A DNA stretch of 63,501 nucleotides, filler included, from Octopus bimaculoides (taxonomy: Eukaryota), in the NCBI RefSeq assembly GCF_001194135.2. It is 7 parts of 6 records of this genome, joined end to end, with 100 filler letters (N's around TTAATTAATTAA, not from the genome) between each part and the next. Parts side by side here need not be neighbours in the genome. Positions count along the whole stretch, not along the records: positions 21,949 to 45,098 come from NC_068983.1; positions 45,199 to 49,829 come from NC_068989.1; positions 49,930 to 55,089 come from NC_068983.1; 4 more parts are not named here. One strand, given 5' to 3'. Within the stretch, counting starts at the first letter, position 1. The number at the start of each line of letters is the position of its first letter. Under the pieces are notes generated by a model. It was not told the origin of the DNA, ran no database searches, and was given only the letters and a program-made list of their open reading frames with translations. The position numbers and the translations under genes are program-made. Below, one piece after another: positions 37,967-50,379 of this stretch.

Positions 37967-40900
37967 TCACTCCGTTGATGAGCCCTTGCTTGGATGACTT
38001 TTAAGACCAGCTGCTGCCTGACCGGGTTTAAAACATAAGTGACAGATATTTATGTTTTTTCTATTTCTTTGTCCTTTAGAATCTGATTCAGAAGGAATGT
38101 TTTTGCGAACCAGCAGATGCCTTTTAAGTCCAGATATTGTCTTACAAGTGTTTTGACATATGACACAAGTCGTAAGAGGCAGTTGGTGTCCAAGATCATT
38201 ACCTATATGGGCATTACGATTTTCATGTGACTTCATATGATTCACGAATCCTGCTTTTGACAACAGAACACGGTCATGTATAATACAAATCCAAGGTTCA
38301 CTGTTGATTACAGTTCCAATTGTTCCTTTGCGATTGGCCCTTTTAAGTTCAGAGTGTTGAACCGTCTTTTCCTCCCAGGCATTGCAACCAGTCCTAACAG
38401 CACCTCTCCACTTGTTCCGATCTAGAGCATCATTTTCCCAATCACTTTTTTTCATATCTAGTTTCTTCAGGTTTTCCTTCACACAGTCTTTATACCTTTC
38501 CCTTGGTTTATGTTGTGGTCGCTTACTAGAGTTGAGCTCACCATAAAATAGACACTATGGCAAATGCTCTTCTTTCATTCTTATAACATGTCCAGTCCAT
38601 CTCATTTGAGCCAAAATAGCATGTTGTTCAAATGAGCCTCAACGTGTCATGCGCAAAACCTCTGTATCTGGTATGAAACATTCTCACTTGACTCCTAAGA
38701 TACGTCTGAGGCACTTTTGATGAAATTTCTCCAGCAATTTTATATGACGCTTGTAAGTGGTCCATGTCTCACTTGAATAAAGAAGTGCAGACAATACACA
38801 AGCTTTATAGACACTGATTTTTGTCTGTTAGGAAATACCTCTATCTGCCCATGCTTGCTTTTCGAGCTTTCCAAATGCAACAGTTCCCTTCCCTATTCAG
38901 TAGTATATCTCTGCATCAAAACTACCAACTCTTGACAGTGTGCTTTCTAGGTAAACAAAGGTGTCAACAACTTCTAACCTTGTTCCTTTCACAAAAATGT
39001 TTGGTTCAGAATATGTTTGTCCTGGCACAGGAGTAAACATTACTTTGGTTTTCCCCAAACTAATTGTGAGTCCAAAATGTATACATGTAGGGGAAAATCT
39101 GTCCATTAAATGTTGTATGTCCCCCTCTGAGTGTGCCAACAAGTCAACATCATCAACATAAAGTAATTCTCTAACAAGTATTTTGAAAGTCTTTGCTTTG
39201 CAGTTAAACTGGGTCAAATTAAAAATACGATCAGATGTTGAAATCTGATTCCAATTCCTCTGTTGCAATCCTTGAAAGCATATGAAAGCAATACAGTGAA
39301 ATAAATAGAGAAAAGTGTAGGAGCAGGAATATCTCTGTTTGACACCGTTGTCCACCGAAAATTCACGAGATAGCTCACCATTAAATACTACCTGAGCTTT
39401 CATGTTTCTGTGTAGTTCCTTAAAGATACTCACAAAATGCGTTGGACAACCAAGTTTACACAAAATAATTCACAGTACCTTGCTGTTTACCATGTCAAAT
39501 GCTTTAGCTAAATCTATGAAGACCTGGTATAGTTCCTCTAAGCATTTCTCTTGTATTTGTTCCTCTAAGCATTTCTCTTGAACCTGCCTCACAGAAAATA
39601 TTATGTCCATTGTTTCTCACTCTGGTTTGAAACCACACTGTTCTTCAGGAATCACATGTGAACACACATTCTCAACAAGACGATCTAACATGATCCTTGA
39701 AAGTATCTTCCCAGTATGTGCCAGAAGAGTTATCCCTCTAGAATTACCACACACTGCTTTTGGGCCCTTACCCTTGTATACAGTGATTAGAATGCCATTT
39801 ATCCATTCTTGTGGCACAGAAGATTCATNNNNNNNNNNNNNNNNNNNNNNNNNNNNNNNNNNNNNNNNNNNNNNNNNNNNNNNNNNNNNNNNNNNNNNNN
39901 NNNNNNNNNNNNNNNNNNNNNNNNNNNNNNNNNNNNNNNNNNNNNNNNNNNNNNNNNNNNNNNNNNNNNNNNNNNNNNNNNNNNNNNNNNNNNNNNNNNN
40001 NNNNNNNNNNNNNNNNNNNNNNNNNNNNNNNNNNNNNNNNNNNNNNNNNNNNNNNNNNNNNNNNNNNNNNNNNNNNNNNNNNNNNNNNNNNNNNNNNNNN
40101 NNNNNNNNNNNNNNNNNNNNNNNNNNNNNNNNNNNNNNNNNNNNNNNNNNNNNNNNNNNNNNNNNNNNNNNNNNNNNNNNNNNNNACTTCTTCAATGGAA
40201 GGTGTATCATCCATGCGTTGCACTATCTCTCTTTGCGGAATGTTGTTTATGATATCCATGTTCACTACAGACGGATTGTGGAAAAGATCTTCAAAGTGTT
40301 CTCTCCATCTATTCATTTTTCCAGGAGTATCTTTAATAACCTCATTTCCATCTTTTGGCTTCAAGGGAACATATGATGATGAAGATTGTGGTCCAAAAGC
40401 TTGCCGCAATAAACTATAGAAACTTTTAATGTCTTTCCTGTCATAGGCTGCCTGCACTTCCTCAGACAAATTTCTCCACCTTAAAACCTCCTGAATTCTT
40501 TATGCAAGTCTGCTTTCTGGGACTTACACAACTTTTCTAGTTGCACTTTGTTCTTAACGTTTGTGCCAAGAAGTTTCTCATGAGTGGACCTCTTTGTTGC
40601 TAAAAGCTCATTTACCATTGTATCATTGGAATCAAACCAGTCTTGATGTTGTCTCCTCTTAAAACCTAACAGCTCTGATCCCATTTTATATATTCTATCA
40701 CGGAAAGATTGCCATGGACCTTCAAAATGAACATTGTTGCATCTCTTCTGAAACAGCTGCAAAACTTGTGGTTGTTTTAGCTGCACTACATCAGTTTTCT
40801 TTGGTACTCATACACCTGCACTACGAATCTTCTTACGGACCCTGAACTTGAACTTGGCCCTAACCACTTTGTGATCAGTATCACAATCAGCACCTCTCAA

Positions 40901-42260
40901 TACTCACACAAATCTTGTAAGTCAGCTTTCCAAGTTAATACAAAGTCAATCATATGACCTTGCTTTGATCTTGGGTGAATCTAGGTAACTTCATCTTATG
41001 ATGAAAGAAAGTATTCCCCACAATTAACCCTAGCTCAGAACACATTTGTAGCAGATGCAACCCATTGTTGTTCCCCTTTTCTATTCTGTAACACCCAAGT
41101 ACATTCCAAGTACCATAGTCTCCACCAACATGTACTTTAAAGTCACCAAGCACAACCAACTTCTCATTCAAGGGGACTGACAGAATACTTCATCTCAGCT
41201 CCTCATAAAGTGCATGGATATTTTCCTCTCTAGCTGAAAATGTAGGAGCATAAATAGAGAAAACAGTTACAAAATGTCCATAAGAAATAGGAATCTGGAG
41301 TTTCATTATGCATGTATTTATGCTAGCGAATCATTTATAATTGCAAACCCAACACCACCTTCTCTTTTCTCTCCCTTTGGCTTCCCAACCCAGAATAATA
41401 TGAAACCTGTCACTCTTTCAACAAGATGATCATCTGAACATCTTGTTTCAGAAAGAGCTGCAATATCAACGTTAAGACACCTTAACTCCTTGTTATGAGA
41501 GTTGTTCTTATTTCAGACCACTCTAAAAGGGTTCTCACATTCCAACAGGCCAGGTTAAGAGAAACCTTATTTCTTGCATACTTGTTATCATTGATTATAT
41601 CAATCCTTTGTTCATTCCTGCTAAACTAACCAGCAGAGAGGACAGACAATTTTTAGTGCACCTTTTCTAACACCTTCCTAGTATATTCAGGTGAGCAGTG
41701 TTCTCCTTAAAAGGGCTGCTCAGACACAGGATTCTCCACTGAAAAACGGTTCCTGTCCATGAAAACATGTTAGCGATGTTCAGATAAGAACCCTGCCGCC
41801 TTATGTGCAGACTTGTAACTGTATACTTCCAACCAGTCAAGTCTGCATATGTTGCCACACATCTATCACCATAGGGCTTTTGAAAAGTGATGATTGTACA
41901 ATGATGTTGTTTTGTCAGGGACATGTATACTTCATCGGATTTCAGTGACAAACGCTTGTACAACACTTTTGCCACTCTCTGGGTCAAAATAGTAGATTCC
42001 AGTGACAAGCAAAGCAAGATGACTGCAGGTTTTATATTGGAGTACTTTCTCCTAGGCTTTTCCTCAAAAGGATACATTATTCAAAGGATAGCTTTATTCT
42101 CCTATACTGGTTGTCATAATCACAGCTTCATTTCAAAACAGGAGCCTAGTCTGCCCACATCAACAGTCATGGCTTTGATAGTGCAGCCAATTAAGGAGAC
42201 TATCATTACCATAATCTGGTTTTATGTCAGAGTGTTCCTCTCCTAGAAGAGTTGCTTTCA
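37967..42260 (-). mobile_element. Near-full-length decayed RTE-clade LINE (APE + RT + C-terminal zinc fingers)
   Basis: APE: VVLGDFKVHVG...GNNNGLHLLQMC..VGNTFF. RT: LITVYKGKG..CGNSRGITLL..EQCGF, NGVKQ, LLYVDD, FGLTISLGKTKVM, LEVVDTFVYL. C-terminal C2H2-like motifs. Many stops, frameshifts and one gap. Confidence 0.9.
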
Positions 42261-42349
42261 CCATGGCTAATGTGCCTCATCTGCCCTCCCCCCCACACAC
42301 ACACACATAAAAAAAATATACATATGTACACATCAAAAAAATTATATAT

Positions 42350-43641
42350 ATATACATGCTGATGACCTTGCACTAATTGCTGAGTCACTATCAGAACCAG
42401 AGGAGAAGTTTCAGGTGTGGAAGCAAGGACTAGACTCGAAGGGCCTTAGAGTCAACCTAGCTAAAACCAAACTCCTAATAAGTAGGAAGGTAAACAAAAC
42501 ACAAACCCCTTCAGGTAGATGACCCTGCTCCATCTGTAGAAAAGGCGTAGGTAGAAATTCCATAAGATGTACCCAGTGTAAGCTATGGACACATAAGAGG
42601 TGCAGCAATATCAAAGGAAGATAAACTAGGAAGTTAGTTTTTGTACGTGGCAGATGTTCAGGTGTAATAAACACTGAAAATGTGCAGGAAACAACTTCTG
42701 CCACATTCCAGGGAGAAAAACTAGAGGTAGTTGATAGCTTCCACTATCTAGGTGACCAAGTTAGTGGCAGGGGAGGGTGCGCTGAAAGTGTAGCTGCTAG
42801 AATAAGAATAGCCTGGACAAAGTTCAGAGAGCTCTTACCTCTGCTGGTGACAAAGGGTCTCTCTCTCAGAGTAAAAGGCAGACTGTATAACGCATGTGTA
42901 CGAACAGCCATGTTTCATGGCAGTGAAACATGGGCTGTGACTGCTGAAGACATGCGTAGGCTCGCAAGGAATGAAGCCAGTATGCTCCAATGGATGTGTA
43001 ATGTCAGTGTGCATACTCGACAGAGTGTAAGTACCTTGAGAAAAAAGTTGAACCTAAGAAGCATCAGTTGTGGTGTGCAAGAGAGACGATTGCACTGGTA
43101 TGGTCACGTGGCGAGAATGGATGAGGATAGCTGTGTGAAAATGTGCCACACCCTAGCGGTTGAGGGAACCTGTGGAAGAGGTAGACCCTTAAGACTTGGG
43201 ATGAGGTGGTGAAGCATAACCTTCGAACATTAGGCCTCAACAAGGCAATGACTAGTGATCGTTGCCAGAGCAGCTGTCTGGCTTTCGTGCCAGTGGCACG
43301 TAAATAGCACCATTTGAGCGTGATCGTTACCAGTGTCACCTTACTGGCACTTGGGCTAGTGGCATGTGAAAAGACGTTCGAGCGAGGTCATTGCCAATGC
43401 CGCTGGACTGGCTCCTGTGCAGGTGGTATGTAAAATACACCATTTTGAGCATGGCCGTTGCCAGTACTGTCTGACTGGCCTTCGTGCCAGTGGCACGTAA
43501 AAGTACCCACTACACTCTCGGAGTGGCTGGCGTTAGGAAGGGCATCCAGCTGTAGAAACTCTACCAAATCAGATTGGGGCCTGGTGTAGCCATCTGGTTC
43601 ACCAGTCCTCAGTCAAATCATCCAACTCATGCTAGCATGGA
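42350..43641 (+). mobile_element. 5'-truncated RTE LINE with Cys-rich (PHD-like) insert and complete 3' tail
   Basis: ADDLALIAES..GLRVNLAKTK..PCSICRKGVGRNSIRCTQCKLWTHKRCS..LEVVDSFHYLGD..YNACVRTAMFHGSETW..RRLHWYGHVARM..GRGRP; 3' UTR ends at (ATG)n. Confidence 0.9.
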
Positions 43642-44259
43642 AGGCGGACATTAAACGATGANNNNNNNNNNNNNNNNNNNNNNNNNNNNNNNNNNNNNNN
43701 NNNNNNNNNNNNNNNNNNNNNNNNNNNNNNNNNNNNNNNNNNNNNNNNNNNNNNNNNNNNNNNNNNNNNNNNNNNNNNNNNNNNNNNNNNNNNNNNNNNN
43801 NNNNNNNNNNNNNNNNNNNNNNNNNNNNNNNNNNNNNNNNNNNNNNNNNNNNNNNNNNNNNNNNNNNNNNNNNNNNNNNNNNNNNNNNNNNNNNNNNNNN
43901 NNNNNNNNNNNNNNNNNNNNNNNNNNNNNNNNNNNNNNNNNNNNNNNNNNNNNNNNNNNNNNNNNNNNNNNNNNNNNNNNNNNNNNNNNNNNNNNNNNNN
44001 NNNNNNNNNNNNNNNNNNNNNNNNNNNNNNNNNNNNNNNNNNNNNNNNNNNNNNNNNNNNNNNNNNNNNTATATATATAGATAGATAGATAGATAGATAG
44101 ATATAGATATACATATATATAAAATTAGAAATTTTTACAATTTAAAAATGTTTTTTTATAAAAATAAATAAATACATAGATAAATTCACAATGAAAAATA
44201 TGAATAAATTAAAATTCACATTTGAAAATATAAAGAAAAGAAAAGAGTATAAATATATA

Positions 44260-44480
44260 TTCTTTTATTTTTTTACTTGCTTCAGTCATTTGACTGCAGC
44301 CATGCTGGAGCATCACCTTTCAGTCGAACAAATCAACCCAAGAACTTATTCTTTGTAAGCCTAGTACTTATTTTATTGGCCTCTCTTGTTGAATTTCAAA
44401 GCTACAGGGATGAAAACACACCAACATCAGCTGTGAAGCAATGGTGGGGGGACAAACACAGACATACAACCACATACATA
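44260..44480 (-). mobile_element. SINE type A 3' half
   Basis: cttcagtcatttgactgcagccatgctggag...ggggacaaacaca. Confidence 0.75.
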
Positions 44481-44899
44481 CACACATCCATATATGTATA
44501 TATATACAAAATCAATCATTGTATAACACTGTATTTTCTATATATTGCAAGCGAGGTTAAACTGCAGCCATGCCTGATGAACGAGTACCCACCACCGAGG
44601 AGATCCAAGATAGACTGAAACTATGTGGTCTGGTGGTCTTAAAGCTAGGATGTCAAGAGTTATCTCCCACTTACAATAAATATTGAGTGCGAGAAGTGCA
44701 CTGAATAAACCAGCTGGAGATGTCTTCCCAGGGTTAAATGGCAGCGTCGTCATCTCTTTGAGAACAGCCACATTAAAGTGGCCATAAACACACACACACA
44801 CAGACACACGCACACACACATATATGTACATATACACATGTATATATATATATCTATATCTATATCTATCTATCTATCTATCTATATATATATATATAT

Positions 44900-45098
44900 A
44901 TCATCATCATCATCATCATCGTTTAACGTCCGCTTTCCATGCTAGCATGGGTTGGACGATTTGACTGAGGACTGGTGAAACCGGATGGCAACACCAGGCT
45001 CCAATCTAATTTGGCAGAGTTTCTACAGCTGGATACCCTTCTTAACGCCAACCACTCAGAGAGTGTAGTGGGTGCTTTTACGTGTCACCCGCACGAAA
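44900..45098 (-). mobile_element. Type C RTE-tail element
   Basis: (cat)n cgtttaacgtccgctttccatgctagcatgggttgg..., reverse of 43480-43641. Confidence 0.85.
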
Positions 45099-45198
45099 NN
45101 NNNNNNNNNNNNNNNNNNNNNNNNNNNNNNNNNNNNNNNNNNTTAATTAATTAANNNNNNNNNNNNNNNNNNNNNNNNNNNNNNNNNNNNNNNNNNNN

Positions 45199-45219
<21 letters not shown>

Positions 45220-45229
<10 letters not shown>

Positions 45230-45365
45230 CATATATACGACAGGCTTCTTTCAGTTTCCGTCTACCAAATCCACTCACAAGGCTTTGGTCGTCCCGAGGC
45301 TATAGCAGAAGACACTTGCCCAAGGTACCACGCAGTGGGACTGAACCCGGAGCCATGTGGTTTGT
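45220..45365 (-). mobile_element. SINE type A 5' part
   Basis: gacaggcttctttcagtttccgtctacc...gggactgaacccggagccatgtgg. Confidence 0.8.
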
Positions 45366-45579
45366 CCTGCTAGAAAATGGTAAATGTGAAAGAAAATTAA
45401 GAATAATTCAATATAGCAATAAATGAAACTGACTATGAAATGAAGACAATTTAAGGTTACTTATTATTTTACAGTGTTTAATGAAATAAACAAGAAGTTT
45501 GGATAGTAGTATTCCGTAAAGATGGCATACTACTATTAATACTACTACTGTTTATGATAATAGTAATAATAATCCTTTC

Positions 45580-45790
45580 TGCTGGAAGCACAAGGCCTCA
45601 AATTTGGGAGAAGGGGTTAAGTCGATTACACCGACTGCAGTACGCAACTGGTACTTAATTTATTGACCCCGAGAGGACGAAAGGCAAAGTCAACCTCAGC
45701 GGAATTTGAACTCAGAACGTTGTTCTGAAACAAACGAAATACCGCTAAGCATTTCAGCCGACGTGCTAACTATTCTGCCAGCTCACTACC
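45580..45790 (-). mobile_element. SINE type B
   Basis: cacaaggcctcaaatt...gcggaatttgaactcagaacg...tgctaactattctgccagctcac. Confidence 0.8.
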
Positions 45791-45791
45791 T

Positions 45792-45792
<1 letters not shown>

Positions 45793-45822
<30 letters not shown>

Positions 45823-45979
45823 AAGAAGAAGAAGAAGAAGAAGAAGAAGAAGAAGAAGAAGAAGAAGAAGAAGAAGAAGAAGGAGGAGGAGGAGGTGGAA
45901 AGGGAGGAGGAGGAGAAGAAGAAGAAGAAGAAGAAGAAGAAGAAGAAGAAGAAGAAGAAGAAGAAGAAGAAGAAGAAGA
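45793..45979. repeat. (GAA)n-(GAG)n-(GAA)n compound microsatellite
   Basis: Directly visible. Confidence 0.95.
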
Positions 45980-46014
45980 ACACTAATAGATGTAAGTGTT
46001 CCCACTGATAAAAT

Positions 46015-46368
46015 TATATCTGCAAAGGAATTAAGTAAATATAAGTACCTGGAAATTGAAATACAAAATATGTGGCGCCTTAAACGAGAACTGCTTCTGT
46101 TATTGCGGGTGCCCTAGGAAAGGGATGTCAGAAACCTCTAGATAATATCCCACAAGAACCATGTCTCAGAGAAATCCAAGAGATTGTACTAATAAGTATG
46201 TATGTATAAATGTGTGCGCTGTATTACATGAAGATATTTCGTTACGGCCCTTGCCACTTCACCTCCCCAAACTTTCACTCATACTGTGACATCTCTTATC
46301 CTTCACTTGCCCTAGGACGTTGGGTGTGTCTCGGAGAGTGATTGTATCAAACATGCAGATTAAAAGTA
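46015..46368 (+). mobile_element. RLE-type LINE 3' fragment with 3' UTR
   Basis: KELSKYKYLEIEIQNMW..VIAGALG..LREIQEIVL; ends in (TAA)n. Confidence 0.65.
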
Positions 46369-46428
<60 letters not shown>

Positions 46429-46479
46429 AACAATAATGATAATGATAATAATGATAATAACAACAACAACGACAACAGC

Positions 46480-47722
46480 AACATAACGACATGAAGAAAA
46501 CACAACAAAAGAGTACCTGCGGCGTGTGAGAAAATTATTGGCTTCAATGCTGAATGCCAGGAACATAATTTCGGCAATAAACTCGTGCGCTGTCGCAGTA
46601 GTTCGGTATGACGCTGGAATCCTAAAGTGGACAGAAGAGGAGCTAAAGGAGTTGGACAGGAAGTCACGAAGACTCCTAACGATGCATGGAGCCCATCATG
46701 TACGTGCAGACACTGATTGCCTATGCATGAAGAGAGAAAATGGAGGAAGAGGATTGATAAGACTGCGTGCGTATCGAACTCGAGAGCTTAATGAGATACC
46801 TAACCCAAAGTAAGGAAACCTTGCCAGTGACAGAATTACGCAACAAGGAACTACAATTAGAATTACGCAACAAGAGACTATACAATCAATTATATATAGC
46901 CACAACAGAAGCTGCTGGAGAAAATAGGTGGGATTGGCTGATGAAAGGAACACTAAAAAGGAGCACTAAAAATGATGAAAGGAACACTAAAAACAAAGAC
47001 CGAGATCCCTATACTGGAAGACCAAGCTTTGGCAACGAACTGGAAGGTCAACCTGGGAAATGAGAGTCCTCGCTGTACCGCATCTGCTATAGAGGGGATG
47101 TAACTATTGCCTATATCACGAACGAATGCCCTAGACTTGTCCGAAATCACTAAAATTTGTGGTGACATGATCAAGTAGCGAAAGTGCTACATTGGAAGCT
47201 GTACGAAAAGTGGGGGCCAGAGAGAGGTAAGACGTGATATGAGTTCAAACTGCAGAGAGTGGCGGAGTCAGAGACAAACAAAATCCTCTGAGATTTCCCA
47301 ATCCAAACAGATCAGGTGCTAGAGCATAACAGACCGGATCTAGTAGTGTTGAACAAAGTGCACCACATATACAATATAGTTGATGTTGCATACTCATTTG
47401 ACCCAGAAATAGTCAAGAAGAAAGGTGAAGAATAGATAAAGACAACCCTCTTTAGTACGAAATAGTCAGGCTATGGAAAATGAAGGTGAAGTTAGTGCCA
47501 ATTATTGTTGGGCCCTTGGGAACTGTATCAGCAGGCATCAACGGGATTATAAAGAAAATTGGAATAGAGTGCCCAGTAGAACTATTACAAAAGCTTTGCC
47601 TCCTTGGCACGGCCAGAATAACCAGGAAAATATTAGGTAGCTGAAAAGAACGGATAGCATGGTACTAAGACCGCTACGCATGTAAGATTCCAGGAGCTTC
47701 AACAAAACCTGTGAGAAAGAGA
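46480..47722 (+). mobile_element. RLE-type (R4/Dong-like) LINE, 5'-truncated
   Basis: KEYLRRVRKLL..NIISAINSCAVAVVRY..LDRKSRRLLTMHGAHH..RENGGRGL..ECPRL..HDQVAKVLHWKL..WDFPIQTD..NRPDLVV..VPIIVGPLG..LQKLCLLGTARI; flanked by (TAA)n on both sides. Confidence 0.85.
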
Positions 47723-48521
47723 AATAATAATAATAATGATTGCCTGATTGGGAGTGTTATGTGCATGTTTTGTCTTGGTATAAAATATGTGGTACAGCAA
47801 ATAATCTGCTCAGAACCACAAATTTTCTTGTCAGTTGTTTGACTTTGAACAGGTCTAAGTCAATAAGTCGTCGGAAGCATCGTAAGTAGGCATGTGTGGA
47901 ATGTGTTCAACTATAACCCTTCTCACCAAGCACGCTTGGTGGGTTTGCCAGTTTAGCCATCACTGACCCGACCATTAATAATTTTTATCTTAAACCTAAT
48001 TACAACATTCACACACCAGTACTAGTTAGTTATAACTTATTTTTATTTTCATATCTTCGAATGTTAACTGCAGGTCACACAAGCAATTTTATCGCTTTGG
48101 CACGATTAGAATTCTAATATTACCAGTATTAGAATTGCTCGTGTAAGATATAATTTATATATAATAATAACTCGCAGTAAAGTAATGCATACTATGTTTA
48201 GTTTATAACATGAATCTTATTAATAGAAACCTAATTATTTACTAATTAGTGTTTTCACTTTCTAATTCAATTTACTCTAATTACAACTAATAAAATTGAA
48301 GTATAAAAATATTAACTTTGATATTTTCGTATAGTTTTCAATGTATCTAATTGCGCCCTCTAACTTATATATGATTTACAACAGCACCCGTCCATGCCTG
48401 GTATTATAGCGTTTGAAAAAATGATGTTGCCTAAGAAATTCTCTTTGAAAAGTTGTAGTCCTTTCCAAAACTTTAGATACCTTGTTGAAAAAGCTGTAGC
48501 CTACAATCTTGAACACGCATA

Positions 48522-49140
48522 CAGGGTGTTTGGACTATGTTTGTCAGTTTGCATAAAAGGAAAATGAAACAAAATGCTCCATCCAAAATTTTTTAAAATC
48601 GAAAAGAATCAACTGGATTATCGCCGGGAGATAATAGTTTGCTCAGAGCGGCCGCCTTCAGCTTCCTACGGTCTCAACTGTGTTCCTCGCTGTATCCCTG
48701 GGAAGATCATCGAACGCCTCCTTGGTCTTTTTGTCCTCCAGCTAGTCCTTGGCGATGCAGAAAGAGCGGTTGGTGCTTTTCTCAACCGCACCCCGCACAT
48801 AGACTAAAACTTGGGAACTGAGAGACCAGAAATTGGGGCTGCTGAAGTCGTAGAAATTCTCCGACAACCATTTCTGACTTTTTCCAGAAGTGTGGCAAGG
48901 AGCCAAAACCTGCTGCCACACATATGACTTTTCAGCAGCAACTAAAAAGTCATATATATCTTGCAGTTTGGGTTTGACCATAAACTCCAGCAGCTTCACA
49001 TAACTGTATGAATTGAGCCTTAGATCATGTTCAAAGATGTGAGGTTGCAAAATGTCCCTCACTGGAGGCACGCCCAAAGACCATTACAGTTTAGAGGAAA
49101 TGGGTTTCGTGGTGTCATGGTGCCGGTATTATGATATTCG
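48522..49140 (-). mobile_element. Tc1/mariner (DD37D/maT-like) transposase remnant
   Basis: PHIFEHDLRLNSYSYVKLLEFMVKP..YVWQQVLAPCHTSGKSQKWLSENFYDF.SPNFW..VRGAVEKSTNR..LPRDTARN; TA|CAGGGTG terminus at 48520-48528. Confidence 0.8.
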
Positions 49141-49383
49141 GTGCGAATCATCATCATACAGGTAACTCTTGCCCAATATTCCGATGGCTTCCTGTCCCCC
49201 GTGTTAGGTAACTTTCCCTCAACTTCAAATGTAATTTTTATACTCTCCAACGCCGTTAACTATTCCTCAATACATGAAGTTGTTCCTGAATAAAGGAGAC
49301 CATTAGAAAAATGGTCAAATGTTACCTGAACACCCAATACATTAATTTTAGCAGTAACGATACTTAGTTAGATTCTGACTTAC

Positions 49384-49637
49384 TTTGCTCATTAAACCGA
49401 ATTAATATGGTGTATTAATAACTGTTTTTTGTTTGGGTCAGCAATTTTTAGGTGGCTAGTCGACATCATCAACTCCAGTACTTGATTGAGATTTTGTTTT
49501 ATGAACTCCCAAGAGATGAAAGCAAAGTTGACCAAGACATGATTTGAGCTCAGAATATAAACAGCCGGAAGTAAAATCGCAAAGTATTTTCTTGAACCCG
49601 ACGATGCTGCCAGCTCATTTGACTGAAAGGTTGTTAG
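49384..49637. promoter_or_regulatory. Candidate bidirectional promoter / head-to-head first exons
   Basis: CpG-retaining unique DNA with CCGGAAGT (ETS-like) at 49565; minus strand ATG AGC AAA|GTAAGT at 49392-49384; plus strand ATG at 49604 to TAG|GTTAGT at 49637. Confidence 0.3.
49604..49637 (+). CDS. Candidate first coding exon (MLPAHLTERLL)
   Basis: ATG plus phase-1 donor compatible with 50254-50275. Confidence 0.25.
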
Positions 49638-50253
49638 GTTAGTCAAATGAATCAATAGCATAAGGTTTTTTTTGCAAAGCCTGATTCTTATTTTATCGTT
49701 GTCTTTTGTCAAATGTCTAAGTTACGGGAATGTAAAACAAAACAACAGCGGTTGTCAAGCGGGGGGGTTGTGGAAGACAAACACGAGGTTACACACACAC
49801 ACACACACATACACACACACACACACACANNNNNNNNNNNNNNNNNNNNNNNNNNNNNNNNNNNNNNNNNNNNTTAATTAATTAANNNNNNNNNNNNNNN
49901 NNNNNNNNNNNNNNNNNNNNNNNNNNNNNTATATGCATATATGTATATATGCATGTATGTATATATGTCTGTATAGTGGTTTGGATTTTTATTCATTTAT
50001 ATTCATTTTATTCATTTGATCTTTGTGTTGTATAATGATAAATATTCTCAGACAAAACCAGGATTCTTGTATCAGAATTGATGATGGCAGAAGCAAAAAA
50101 AAAAAAAAAAAGAAATGAAAGAAAGAAAGAAAGAACAAGTAAAAAAGAAGGTGAATAATGTTGTTTAAAAATATTTCATATCTAAAAAATTTGATAGAAA
50201 CTTTTTTGTGTTTAATGTTTTGTTGATGCCAAATGCCATTAATATTTTCATAG

Positions 50254-50275
50254 AACAAGCGTCAAAGAGTAAAAG
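50254..50275 (+). CDS. Candidate 22-nt micro-exon (EQASKSK or NKRQRVK)
   Basis: atattttcatag acceptor and AAG|GTAAGC donor, both strong. Confidence 0.4.
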
Positions 50276-50379
50276 GTAAGCTTCCAGTCAGGCAAACATG
50301 TGAACATGGTTTCTTCCTTGAATAACTTTAGAAAAAGGCATGAACTTCACAACACATTCTCCAGTTCATTGAACTATTC

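Noticed and set aside
48481-48534. Minus-strand exon SKHPVCVFKIVGYSFFNK
   Set aside because: Overlaps the mariner terminus (TA|CAGGGTG); better explained by the transposon end.
49392-49712. 106-aa ORF
   Set aside because: No recognisable motif; region better explained as promoter-like DNA.
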